From the NCBI GenBank assembly GCA_040285825.1, contig JAUPSS010000003.1:62001-126000 (forward strand): 64,000 nt of DNA, in the 5' to 3' direction. This document shows positions 26,801 through 37,760 of this stretch, one piece after another. The notes below the pieces were generated by a model. That model saw only the letters and a list, made by a program, of their open reading frames with translations, was not told the DNA's origin and searched no databases. The position numbers were made by a program, and so were the translations under genes. Positions within the stretch are counted from its first letter, which is position 1; each line of letters starts with the position of its first letter. The stretch comes from Eukaryota sp. TZLM1-RC (lineage: Eukaryota; Protista; Metamonada: BaSk clade).

Positions 26801-27866
26801 CTAATGGTCTAATATATACTCAGACATATTCTCAGATAAATATGGAGACTCATACAGTTGATAATCAATCCACCCACTATGATTGAAGAGAGCAGTACAA
26901 TCGAACTTAAGCTGTGGTAAAACTGTTTGAATAATCTCAATGGAACTTTTGCCTTTGATTTGGTGAGAAGCATCACGAATATTTTTTCTTAAAACCGAAA
27001 AGTACGCCTCAATAGGATTTGATTCTGGGCAATATGGTGGTAATACGATATAAAAAATGCCCATTTTGTTCAAAGCAGCGGTTATAAAGGGTGACAGATG
27101 AATTCTACATCCATCAACAATTAATACACTTCGGCTGCTAGTGTTTGTTCTCAAAAATCCTAAACGCAGAATGTCTTTTAGAAAACTAATGTATTCTAAA
27201 CGAAAAAATTGTCCTTCCTGCAAATGATGAAACAAATAGCCATTCTGGTCAATTGCAACTGCCAAGGAGATTTGGTCGACATTAATCAATCCATTTTCAG
27301 CCGCAACAGGTTCGTTCTTTGGGCTTCTTCCATATAATCTAGTGAAATGTTCTTTTCTAAAGCTAATTTCATCTACAAACACTAATTGATATGTCAAAAC
27401 TATACCTAAATTAATGGAAAGCTGTTTTTCAAAAGCTAAAATAAGTGTTACCTTAGCCTTTCTTATCATGGATCTACATCTTTTTCGTGAAAAGCCATTG
27501 CTGATAAGTGTGCGGTGAATCGTACTTATTGAACATTTACGACCACAATGTCTATAAAGGGCTTGCTTAATTTCCCTAAGGTAAAGCAAAGGGTCTTCTT
27601 TGACCAAAGAAACAATAAAGGATACCTCTGCAGTTGACAACATTAGGCGTGAATTTGGAGTTTCATTTGATTGATTTGTTAAAAGCAGCCTGTAACCAGC
27701 GACTAAGAGTTGACTGTGAAATGCAGAAGTATTGAGCTATATAAGTTTGTGGTTTGTTAAGAAACATATAGGTATAACAGGCCCTAACCTTAGTGTCCTC
27801 AGATGCATGGACCCTTAAGGACGCAAGCTCTTGTGAAGACAACAACATGTCGTATGTATACCCCAT
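26801..27866 (-). pseudogene. IS630/Tc1-mariner DD34E transposase (HTH + DDE_3), one frameshift near 27680
   Basis: HTH 'IAQYFCISQSTLSRW', 'LYLREI..SISTIHRTL..G', 'FVDE', 'IVDG..IH', 'LPPYCPESNPIE'; 34 residues between D2 and E. TIRs not identified. Confidence 0.88.
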
Positions 27867-28274
27867 AAATAATAGTGACTGTCTGTTTGTTAGTTTTGTT
27901 AAATGTTATGGCAATAAAAAGCTCAATACTACAAAAGTTTATTGATATAGACATTCTGTCCCAAAAGAAAGCAGGTTGATGTAAGACGTATAAGGTCTCT
28001 GCTTATGAAGTTGTTGTGATGACATCATATCTCTTCTGTTACAAAAGAAGCAAGGTTGATCTTATTGTGTACAAGACGAACTGATATAGAACTACAGACG
28101 GGTTTAGCCCTACTTCTTTGTCAATAAAGGCTATTTATAATTTGTGAAAGAGCGTTTTGTGGGGTGAGTGAAAGCTGAGTGAGTAAAAAAAGTTTGTACT
28201 CACAACCCACTCAAAAAGCGATCCTCAGTTGATTTTGGAACAAAAATTTATATTGTTTCCCCTTATTGTAAAGA

Positions 28275-30086
28275 ATGGGAAACACCAACTCCACGTCCTC
28301 TCTTCCTTTGGAACGGCTCTCAAAGGAAACAGTTTCTGAGACCGAGGAACTGTTTTGGGCGTCTATCTTTGACCTTTTTTCTGAAGTTGAGGACTTCCAT
28401 GGGCTTATTGAGTCTCTAGATGTTTCATATATTGTTTCTAATCTACCATCCAATATCCACACATTACTCACAAGATGCCACCAAGAATTGTCATCTTATC
28501 AGTCTATCTCACCGTTTCCTACCAAACAGGCTCTAGGCATCCTCCGCTTCCTAACCAGTTTCGTTCCATTTCTACATGCATTATCTTTCGAAACACCTTC
28601 TTTTACCGACCTCCTTTTATCTCTTTGCTTTCATCCTGGGTTTACTGTTTCATCCTCTGCCAGGCTTGACGTCTTTGCAGATCTGATATGGTCCACAGGC
28701 TTGTGGTCTTCAAATCCGGTGTCTCACCCTTCTTTCACTGACCTTAACCGGGGTGTTGTCCTTCGTTGCATTCTCTCTTTCTTGTCTTGTTCACTTTATC
28801 AGCCAGATAATCTATTTTATTTGGACTCTTTCAAGAATTCTCAGCATAATTTGATTAATGTTTTCATCTGTTCATTATTTAATACTGTTATTAACTTCAA
28901 AAGGGGATCAAAATTTAAAATTTTTAGTACTTTTGCTAAAGATTATAAACCAGCAGTATTTGAAGTTTCAATCCAATTACTTTTGATTTTACTTGACTTT
29001 GAGGAAACCGCATTCACCTCTTGTATCAAGTCAATTCAACCTCATGACTTTTCGTTTCTGTTGTCGGGGTTTTTAACACTTTTTAGCAACCCAGTCGTCA
29101 CAAAATCGGAAACCCTTGATGAATCAATTGATGTTGTTCTGGACCAAGAGGCCCTTTTATTGTTCCTAAAAATTGCCTATATTCATCAGGAGTTTTTTTC
29201 TTTTATTACTTCAACAGTCGCTTTGGAGTCACTTTTATTGCCCCTGTCTAATATTGTCCTTGATTTGGACAATGATAAGTTACTTCAAAATCATTGGTTA
29301 TTTGTTTACATTTTCCTTTTATTAAGCCATGATAGGAATTTTTCTGTTGCTTTAAGTACTCCCCTTTCAAGTCCATTAAAAATTCCAGAGTTGCCAAATA
29401 TTTCTGGAGTTCTTGGGGATTTGTTTCTTTTAGTTTTACATAAGTTAATTGCGCGAAATTTAAAGAATTTTGAGCTATGTAAGGGATTCTTAGTTGTTTT
29501 ACACAATATATCTCCTTTTTTAAAGAATTTGCATCATGTTGTCGCTTCAAAGTATCTTGATTTATTCAAATTCTTATCAAGTCCACGCTTTCTGAGCGTT
29601 TCAATCAACAATTTTGACCTACTTGGACTTTTGTTAAAAATTTTCAGCAATATTGTTCACCATCAGTATTCTTTCAATGATCATTTCGTTTATTCTTTAT
29701 TGGTGTCCGAAGATGATTTCTCCAATCTTGAAAGTAATTTGAAAAAAGATTTTGAAGCTGAATCTTCAGTTTATTTTAAACCAATTGAAAATATCATCAA
29801 TGGACATTCATTCACTACTATTTCAAAGTTAATTGCCACTTTGGGGGGATCTTTGAAAACCATTTCCCGAGCTGATGAACACACCCCTAGTCCCAAAGTG
29901 CTAAGGCAGTTTATAAGGAACTTTACTATTACTGGTCTTTTACCCGTTGCAGTTCCTATCGAAATTAGTTCTTTTGAAGTCAATGATGATTTGATTGATT
30001 GGATGGTTAAGTATACTTGGGGGTTAGTTGTAGTTAATAGTACTGTTGACATTTTTAGGAAAGACTCTGTTAAACTTTTTGAATAG
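28275..30086 (+). CDS. HID1: HID1/Ecm30 (dymeclin-superfamily) Golgi trafficking protein
   Basis: MGN myristoylation start, 'IWSTGL', 'LLSHDRNFSVAL', 'NISPFLKNL', 'SSPRFL', 'QYSFN..VYSLL', 'YTWG', terminal 'VKLF'. Confidence 0.8.
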   Translation: MGNTNSTSSLPLERLSKETVSETEELFWASIFDLFSEVEDFHGLIESLDVSYIVSNLPSNIHTLLTRCHQELSSYQSISPFPTKQALGILRFLTSFVPFLHALSFETPSFTDLLLSLCFHPGFTVSSSARLDVFADLIWSTGLWSSNPVSHPSFTDLNRGVVLRCILSFLSCSLYQPDNLFYLDSFKNSQHNLINVFICSLFNTVINFKRGSKFKIFSTFAKDYKPAVFEVSIQLLLILLDFEETAFTSCIKSIQPHDFSFLLSGFLTLFSNPVVTKSETLDESIDVVLDQEALLLFLKIAYIHQEFFSFITSTVALESLLLPLSNIVLDLDNDKLLQNHWLFVYIFLLLSHDRNFSVALSTPLSSPLKIPELPNISGVLGDLFLLVLHKLIARNLKNFELCKGFLVVLHNISPFLKNLHHVVASKYLDLFKFLSSPRFLSVSINNFDLLGLLLKIFSNIVHHQYSFNDHFVYSLLVSEDDFSNLESNLKKDFEAESSVYFKPIENIINGHSFTTISKLIATLGGSLKTISRADEHTPSPKVLRQFIRNFTITGLLPVAVPIEISSFEVNDDLIDWMVKYTWGLVVVNSTVDIFRKDSVKLFE

Positions 30087-30399
30087 TTCAAATCTAGCTT
30101 TGTAATTATCTAGGTCGATCATGTTATTAATAAAATGATAATTGATTAGAGATTTTTTGAGGGGATGAAGAGGACAGTTTGTCCCTGCGACTAGTAAACA
30201 ATTTCAATAACAACGGCCATGACGCATGACACAGCGGAGTTGGCCGAGAAACTCTTTTCATTTGACTTCAGTAAATGAAAACCAGACTATTCAGTGTACC
30301 AACAAAACTAACGTTTTTGGTAATATAGCATTGATGATTAATGAAAACTGAAAACAAATATTTAAATATTTACAAAAATAAAAATCTATACACAAATTC

Positions 30400-31335
30400 T
30401 TAACTAAAATGGTTAGGTAGAAATTTCAAAGAAGATTCCAAATCAATTACTGGAGTGTCTACATCATTAATTGAACTGTCAGTAGAGGAAGAATCATCTT
30501 CACCAGACAATTCTAATCCGGTGAGTTTAAACAATCCATCACAATTAGTGTCTCGATCAGTCAAGACTCTGTTCGTACATGTAGGAGCAGATGAAGGTTC
30601 AGTTCCGAGCATGTGAGGTTGTGAAAGTGATGGATAAATTCGTAAAGATGTTGTCCGTCGCAGTGGTGGTGGCGACTTACTCAAAGAATCGATATCATCT
30701 AAACAGTCTGCTTCCTTTTTATAATAATCCCAGAAAAGCGAGGAATGTACATTGGGACTAGCACTCAAGGGGGGAGTAGGACTTTGCTTGCTTGGTGAAT
30801 TGCGAGCATTGTGAGCAGTGTTACTCCACTCGACCACCCATGATTTTTTAGACTTCCGGACATTAGTGAGTGCCCTTATTGCGTCCTCTCTAAAGGAGTA
30901 CTTGACAAAACCACAGCCTTTGCTCAACTGAGTCATATTGTCGCGTACTATCGTTATTTTCTCGATCGGTCCAAAGGGGGAGAAAATGATTCTTATATCT
31001 TCTTGACTGGTTTGACGACCAATCCTTGCAATGAGATTAGCTCATGGATATAGATCATACATAAATAATGTCGTATTAGTCTGTGCAGGCTCGCATCGAA
31101 GAGACCTGCCATAGAGATACAAGTTTTGAGAGTGGGACAATGCGTTTTTAGCGTGTTGAGGATCATTGTACTGGATAAAAGCATAAAAAGCACCAGACTT
31201 ATCCGCGATAATACGGACGCGCTCAATTGGACCAAAAGGCACAAAGGTTGCACGAAGATCCTCTTCAATTTTGGGAGATTCAGCTATGTTGGCAACAAAA
31301 ATACAAGAGTTTGCATCGTATTTCCTCTGGGACAT
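30400..31335 (-). CDS. RNA-binding protein with two RRMs; intron starting at 31060 (30 or 36 nt)
   Basis: RNP2 'IFVANI', RNP1 'FYAFIQY' and 'KGCGFVKY'; the in-frame TGA lies inside a GTATGA...GCTAAT intron. Confidence 0.85.
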
Positions 31336-31599
31336 AAGAAGAAGGATTGAAAGCCACCCTGTATCTTAACAGGTTGGCTCTGCAACGCAATGATAAAATT
31401 AATATAAATTCACCAGTTTTAAAAGTTAAATTTTATGGAGATTTCAGTCCATTAATCGATACCAATAACCTCCTTAATCAACAATCTTTACAAGAAGAAG
31501 CAACAGCTAATTCATACTACAAATATTGAAGGGTTATGATCTCAATCATATTTACATGAAAGGTAAACCAAAAATGGAAACTATTTTCCCTCATACTTC

Positions 31600-32710
31600 A
31601 ACATTCAACTTCATATCAGTCTCTGTTTCTTTTTTAAGCTGTTACACGCTCCTTGATGAGTTCTGATAGTGGCAAGAGACACTAATTGGGATGCTAAATT
31701 TGTTGAAAGAAGGACACCAGATGATACCTGTGAATCTTTCTACGTCCGCTTCACTTCTTCCTTATTCTTTTTCATCATCTCTTAATAATGCACACCCTAA
31801 TCTCTCTTCAAAATTTCTACAAAAAATTTCCAAAAATTTCAGAATTGAAAAAAATCTATTCCACTCCTTGTAAATCACAATTACGTTCCCTACGTTCTCT
31901 TGCACGTTCAGTCAATAATTTTAAGTCTATTAAACTGTTTTCACCATGGGAAATCGGAAGAAGTGCAAAAACTGTTCCAAATAATAAAAATGGCTCGCAT
32001 GTTGTCTTTCGTTTTCCTGTTCAAAAAACGAGTCAACTACTAAAAATTTGCAAAAACAAAAAAATGTTTCCTTTAAATTTTGCGTCAAACCAACATGTTT
32101 AAAAAGTTCTATAAAATGTTCAATTTGTGGTATCAGCGGTCATAATTCGAGAACAAACCCTAAAAAACTAAAAAAAAAAGAAATTGAATTAAATTCTACT
32201 GAAAAACTCTGCAGTGTTCCGTTCCAGTCAATGTTGATTTGAATTGAGCTGAAAGTAGCGAACCCGCTGACCTTCCTTTAAATGCTCCCAATGCTCACTG
32301 ACCTTCCCCTTTTGAAAATAATAATCTTTGTTGTCCATTCTGCAAAAAAGCCATTACAGAATCAAGAATGGTGGAAAACTTTGGTATTTTACCAATTGTG
32401 AAGCTGCTGACACATTTCGACCACCAATTTAGATTCCAGGGGGTATTAATCCCGCCAGTACAATTCCTTTTTCATTGGAAGTGCGTACTTTTACTTTTGA
32501 ATTAACATACAATAAGTGGAATATTTCATCCTCCTAAAAACATTTTGCAAGAAAAAACAAAAAATGTTTTAAAAAAAATTTTGGAATGAAAAAAAACTAA
32601 AAAATCAAAAGTTATCCGAAAGTTGTGCTTACGTGGTCGTTATGGAGCTGCAAAACAGTCCTTGTTTTCCCTTTTTTTGGCTGGTGCAAATTCTGAAGTT
32701 GCATCCCCAG
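31600..32710 (+). mobile_element. Degenerate 5' fragment of CRE-like element (family of 22330-25790)
   Basis: 'LRSLRSLARSVNN', 'CSICGISGHNSRT', TGCTTACGTGGTCGTTATGG. Confidence 0.8.
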
Positions 32711-34611
32711 TCTCTGTTGATCTTGTCTCGTATATGGGGAATGAGGTCTCTAACTCTTTCCGGTGTAAGTTCTGTCTGGCCTTCTCCAAATAGCTGGGTG
32801 GCTATGAGGTAGGCCCTTGTCCAATCTGACTGTCCTGGGGCTTCAAAACTTCTATTAGTTATCTTTCGCCTGTATTTATCCCAAGTCTAAAATTTTAGTA
32901 GAAACGCTATGATCGACCTTTTGTTGATTGGGTCTTCTGCGGATAAGTGAGGTCTTTTGTAGTTGCTATCTTTTGAATGTGGATCAATTTGTTTATGGAG
33001 AATGCTAGCTATGCTCATATCTAAAGCTGTGCTAGAGGATTGAAGTCCTCGAGACGCATAGATCTGTCAAAAAAAGTTCTTTCAGGAGGCTGAGGGGGAG
33101 CCGTTTCTCCAACAGCTGCCCCGTTTAGCTCAATGTCTTCTCGAATGTCGCCCGTCATAGGTTGAGTGGAAGTTGGTTCTTTTTGTTGAACAGCGTTTCG
33201 TCTCTCTACAAGTTCAGGGACGTTTACTGTTGGAACACGATCTGGTATGCTGTTAATCGACCAAACTTGTAAAGGTTGGCTTTTCTCTGATATAATAGGA
33301 TCCACAAATGGTAATTTAGGAAGGTGGAGAGGTGTAGATGGATCTCCCGTCTACCATTGCCTAAAGTCTCGTTGTTTAGTCAAGGAGTTGCCATGTTGTT
33401 GAATATTGTTATGTGGACAACTCCTACACGTGGATACCGATGATCGTTCCGTATGTATGTTATTTAAGGAGTCTGCATCGAACCAGGGTGTTATAGGTTC
33501 GAGCTTGTCCGGTTCACTACTGTATTCTTGCTCCATAAATTGCCTAAAATATGTGGGAGCTCCCCTCGTCAGTTCCGTATACCTGTGGATTTCAGTATCA
33601 AATCTGGGATCGAACCACGCAGGAAGTTTATATTGTAGGATGTCTTCCGAGTCGGTCCTACTTCTCTGCTCAATGGAAATTATTTTCATTTTCCTATCAC
33701 ATTGATCTAAAAGAGGGGCCTTCCAATCCATTCTATCTTTGGTAGGAAAGGCCATGATCTCTTTGTTTCTCTTATCCATACCCGAGAGTTTGGGACGGCG
33801 CCCTGCGTTACGTCCGAAAGTTTCTCTGCTCAAATTGTCTAGAGCTTTGATGAGCTCATTTCACGTATTTAAGGGGTTTTTAAATACCCTTTGTCCATCC
33901 CCAACCATACCGAGGATCTGGAAACCTACGTTTTTGCCTCTTTTAATGAACCTCCACAGATGAGGGAACTGCTCGAATAAACAGAAGTCTGTTGGTTCAA
34001 GGGAAGCTTCCGTGTCCTTTTTCAGAAGGTTATACAACCCCTTTGATGGGTCGTCTTCCCCTTCCATATCATCTAGTTGAGATTGGAGTTCTTTGTATTC
34101 TTCTAGTGAAGACGTGTCTAAGGTGGGATTTATATCGTTACCTTTATGACAGATTCTATATTTGGAAGGGGACAGGGAGCCGGGTCCGTTATCGTTGCCT
34201 TTGTTGACAAATCTCTTTTCTCGAGGGGAGAAGGAGCCGGTGTCCGTTCTCGTTACCTCGTTCTTTGTGGAAGGAGAGACCCGCCCTCTCATTCGTATTT
34301 TTTTGCTAAGGAGGAGGTGGAGGCCGGGTCCGTTGCCTCGTTATCCTTACTTGTGTATGTTGTATGGTGTGTACCCTGCTGATGCAGCATGTGAGGTGAA
34401 TGAGTGAGGTCAGAGGTATCTTTCCCTGAGATGTCTGAAATGTTCAAAAGATAACTGGCTGGCTGGTTTCTTGTTGGTGATAAATGCTGAGGTTATTTGT
34501 GATATACCTTGACTTTAAAATGGCCAAAAATTATTGCTGCCTAAAGTCTAATGCAATTAAAAAAAGTCTGATTTTTTTCTATTCATATGATATAAGCCTG
34601 AGGAAGCCAAC
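32711..34611 (-). mobile_element. Degenerate gag-like region plus 5' LTR (34536-34611) of short-LTR family
   Basis: ORF 33861-34292 is homologous to 46424-47119 ('QLD.MEG.DD...TDFCLFEQ...LW'); TG...CA repeat unit at its 5' end. Confidence 0.6.
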
Positions 34612-34615
34612 ATAT

Positions 34616-34865
34616 TTACATAGTAAATAATTGAATAAATTGTTTTGCTATAAAAAACAACGAAAACGCATGTTCAAAAGCCATTCTTTGTTTGTTAAAA
34701 AAAAGTTCATAAATAAAAGGTTTTTGAGTAACAAAAGCAGCAGCAGAACTATTGCGAATAGCTTTTAAAAAATTTCCGAGAGCAGGATTTTCAATTTTGA
34801 ATAAGCCAAGTTTTACTTCATAATCCAAGTTTTTGCACAATTCAACCAAATAATGCAACATTTTT
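34616..34865 (-). pseudogene. Small internal fragment of CRE-like ORF
   Basis: 'LDYEVKLGL..ENPALGNFL' matches 'LDYDVRLGL..KNPAFANLL' in 22636-23940. Confidence 0.7.
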
Positions 34866-34869
34866 GCAA

Positions 34870-36474
34870 CTGGCTAATTTTGCCACAAATAGGTTGGTCA
34901 AAAACAACGACTGGGCGTGTCAGTCGACTGAAGCCGGCTATATTGGAGTTTGGCGCCCATCCCTACTGACATCCGGAACTTTGCCCACTTCAAAAAAAGA
35001 ACAGCTTGTGTCAAATTATGACAGATGGCCCAGTTTTATGCAAGCTCAACGTCTATAAAACCATGGCAGTCTTTTTTAACTGTGAATATCCGAAGGGATA
35101 ACTTTGTGCCCTTTTCAAAGATGCAGTTGTTTCTGAGCAACTAATTGGTTGGTAGGAACAACATCATGCTTACATTGCTGATTTGTTTAACCATTAATAA
35201 GGCATACCTGCTAGGTTCCAGGCCCTCTTAAAAAAGACTGACCTCCAACTGAACATTGCAACAATGAGCTTTATTTTCTCCACCGGTTTCCGTATTTCGT
35301 CGTTTCTCAAGAATACGACGAGTAAAACAATGCAACGACATGTCTGACTCCTTCCGCAATCTACTCCACGAGTTTTATTTTATTCAGTCAACAACTGAAA
35401 AAACACTTGTTACGTTTGAACCCAGACCAACAACTTCTGAGGAACTCATTCAAACATTTCAACAAGAAGTACTTTGCCACATATACCATTGCCTATATGA
35501 GCCATTGTAATTTTCTCGACAGCCCCCAAAAAACCAAAAATGGCCGCACAGAATTCGGAACCGCCAAGCCAGTGGAGAACACGATATGCCTGCAACGAGT
35601 CGAAAGCGAAACTCCAGGCTTCAACAACAGGTTCGTCCTAGACAACGCTGGAGAACTGATGGCGCCTAAAAGTTCCCTCCCGTTGATCCAATTGAATACT
35701 GGTTTTGTACAATAGAACCTAACAACAAAAATCTGTGTGGTTATTCAATTGGAGCAAGAAAAGATAATAACAATGTTGACGATCAACTTTCGGGCCTTGT
35801 TTAAATCCATAAACAAAGAAATTATTCACCCACCGGTATTGACCCATGCATCACCAAATTGCTATTTCGTACAGAATTTCCGCAAATATCTGTATGAAAA
35901 AGCAACGCCAATGACATTGGTACCGACACAGGAAAAAATCAGGAATCCCGACTTCCGTCTGAGATCTGTACTAGACCAACAACTGATAAATGGAGCCCTG
36001 CATTGCAACAAGATTGATATTCTTATAGCAAGACAAAGGCATTTATTGGAAAGCTATACGCCGTAATTGCTTCTACTTTTTCATTCGTCGCCAAAAGAGA
36101 TTCAGTCATTTTTTCCAGAAAATCAAAAACATGGCTGAAAATTGTAAAGTGATTATTTGGTTTGGAAAAGGAGGTGATGGACCATTCCGTCAAAAAGTGA
36201 GATCGCCAAGAAAGCGTTTTTTCAAGAATTTCAAGGCTCGATTTCCAACCGTGAAGGATGGAGATGAATACTAAACATCGGCCAAAGTGAACTTTTGCAA
36301 AGTTTTCCATGAAGACTTTTACCTCATAGAGAATGGATGCTAAAGCCTATTTTACATGTCAAAGATGTGGAATGGTTTGGTCAAGAGATATCTCTGCATC
36401 GAGAAACCACTGGGAGATTGCAGTATGCGAATACTTTTTGAACACTAGACCCTAGCTTTTAGAAGACCTCAATA
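34870..36474 (+). pseudogene. Fanzor1-like RuvC nuclease pseudogene, family 2
   Basis: Manual translation: RuvC-I-like 'TIEPNNKNLCG' (35715), 'IIWFGKGG', 'GDEY*TSAK', 'CQRCGMVWSRDISASRN', 'TRP'; many stops and frameshifts; 5' limit approximate. Confidence 0.8.
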
Positions 36475-36607
36475 AGAGTCTTCAAATCCAACGTTTTTTG
36501 ATCTAAGGTGATGATCTCCGGATGGTTAAGTTTAGGCATGTGGATGTGGTTGAAGTATTGGAAATTGACATTTCAGATAAAGAATGCATTTTCAGTGAAA
36601 ACCACAG
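36475..36607 (+). ncRNA. Putative omegaRNA scaffold remnant and right end, Fanzor family 2
   Basis: ATTTCAGATAAAGAATGCATTTTCAGTGAAAACCACAG aligns with the family-1 terminus ATTTCACAAGGGAATGCATGATAAGTGAAATTCACAG. Confidence 0.45.
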
Positions 36608-37139
36608 ATAGTGTTAATTCAATATTATTACAAATCTTGAAAGTTCTGCAAGAAAAAACTGTCGCTAGAGTCAATCATTTGAAACAATTCGCAGAACTGC
36701 ACACATCAACGTTCTACTCTAGTGTTTCTGCGGTCGTCTCTTCTTGGTCTTCTCATTCGTCTTTGACAAATAAAGGTCTCTTTTCTTCTGCTTCATTACT
36801 TTCTCCTCCTCAAAAAACTTCAAATAATGATGATGACCTACAAGTGCTGCAGACCACCAGGTCTTAAAACTATGAGGCAAACATTTTTGGATGATTCTTA
36901 CTTCCCAGCATACAAGCAAAATGTCCACAGAACTATTTTTCGTTTTGTTTACTAAACAAATCTTTGAGTAAACGTTGAATGTCAAAATTGGAACTCTTTT
37001 TTCGTGGAAATTCAGTGGTACAATAGATTTTTGTTTTCAAAAGACGAAGTTCTTGAACGTCTCACTAGAGCAAGAGGCAGAATTAGTCAAATTGTCAAAT
37101 TAGTTTTAAATTAGTCTCAAGTGCGAATTCACTTTTTAT

Positions 37140-37360
37140 TACTATTATGATTGAAAGTCTAAACTTTTGAAATCATTTAGGAAAACATCTCAAAGAAAGT
37201 GGTCCTACATATGATTTTCTGATTTGGAAGAACATAATTGTATTTTCGTTATTGAAAGCACTTCCTCGTTATATTAACTGCATTTGGAACAACATTACAG
37301 AGTTTAGTAATAAGCGAGTTGCTGTTCAAGTGTATGACGAAAATCTCTCGCCATTTAAGT
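37140..37360 (+). pseudogene. Extreme 3' fragment of an RLE non-LTR ORF
   Basis: 'YDFLIWKNIIVFSLLKALPRY' resembles the CRE C-terminal 'FDIFLWRSRIQFAIINRLPRF'. Confidence 0.45.
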
Positions 37361-37511
37361 GATGGGCTTTTTAGTAGGTTAAAATATTAGTTAAGGTTTT
37401 TGGTTTAGTTTCAAAATGTGAATGTTCCACAAATAAATCTATGATCATCAGCAGGTTAGATAAAGGATCGCAGTCTCATATATTCTTGTGTTCTGAGAAT
37501 AAGTAATAGTA

Positions 37512-37760
37512 CTGTGAATTTCACATATCATACATTCCCCTGTGAAATTCACTCCTGTTTTCAACTTTCTCAATGTCTACTCACAAACTGTAAGAGACAT
37601 GTAGCGTCATTTGACAAAGACAATCATGATCTTCATCAATGGGCTACATCACTTGAATACACCTACTGCTTTCACAAAACAAAGCCTCGCGACTTGATGT
37701 ATCTTAGTGGATCTACCAAATGCTACTAAGGCATTTGTAAATCGATCTCAAAAGTTTTTG
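37512..37760 (-). ncRNA. Putative omegaRNA scaffold, copy B
   Basis: About 94% identical (hand count 15/249, no indels) to 50462-50710; hairpins GTGAATTTCACA/TGTGAAATTCAC and CAAATGC/GCATTTG. Confidence 0.7.

Noticed and set aside
25850-28190. TIRs for the DD34E element (TTTCACTCAC / GTGAGTGAAA)
   Set aside because: Only about 10 bp of low-complexity match and no TA on both sides.
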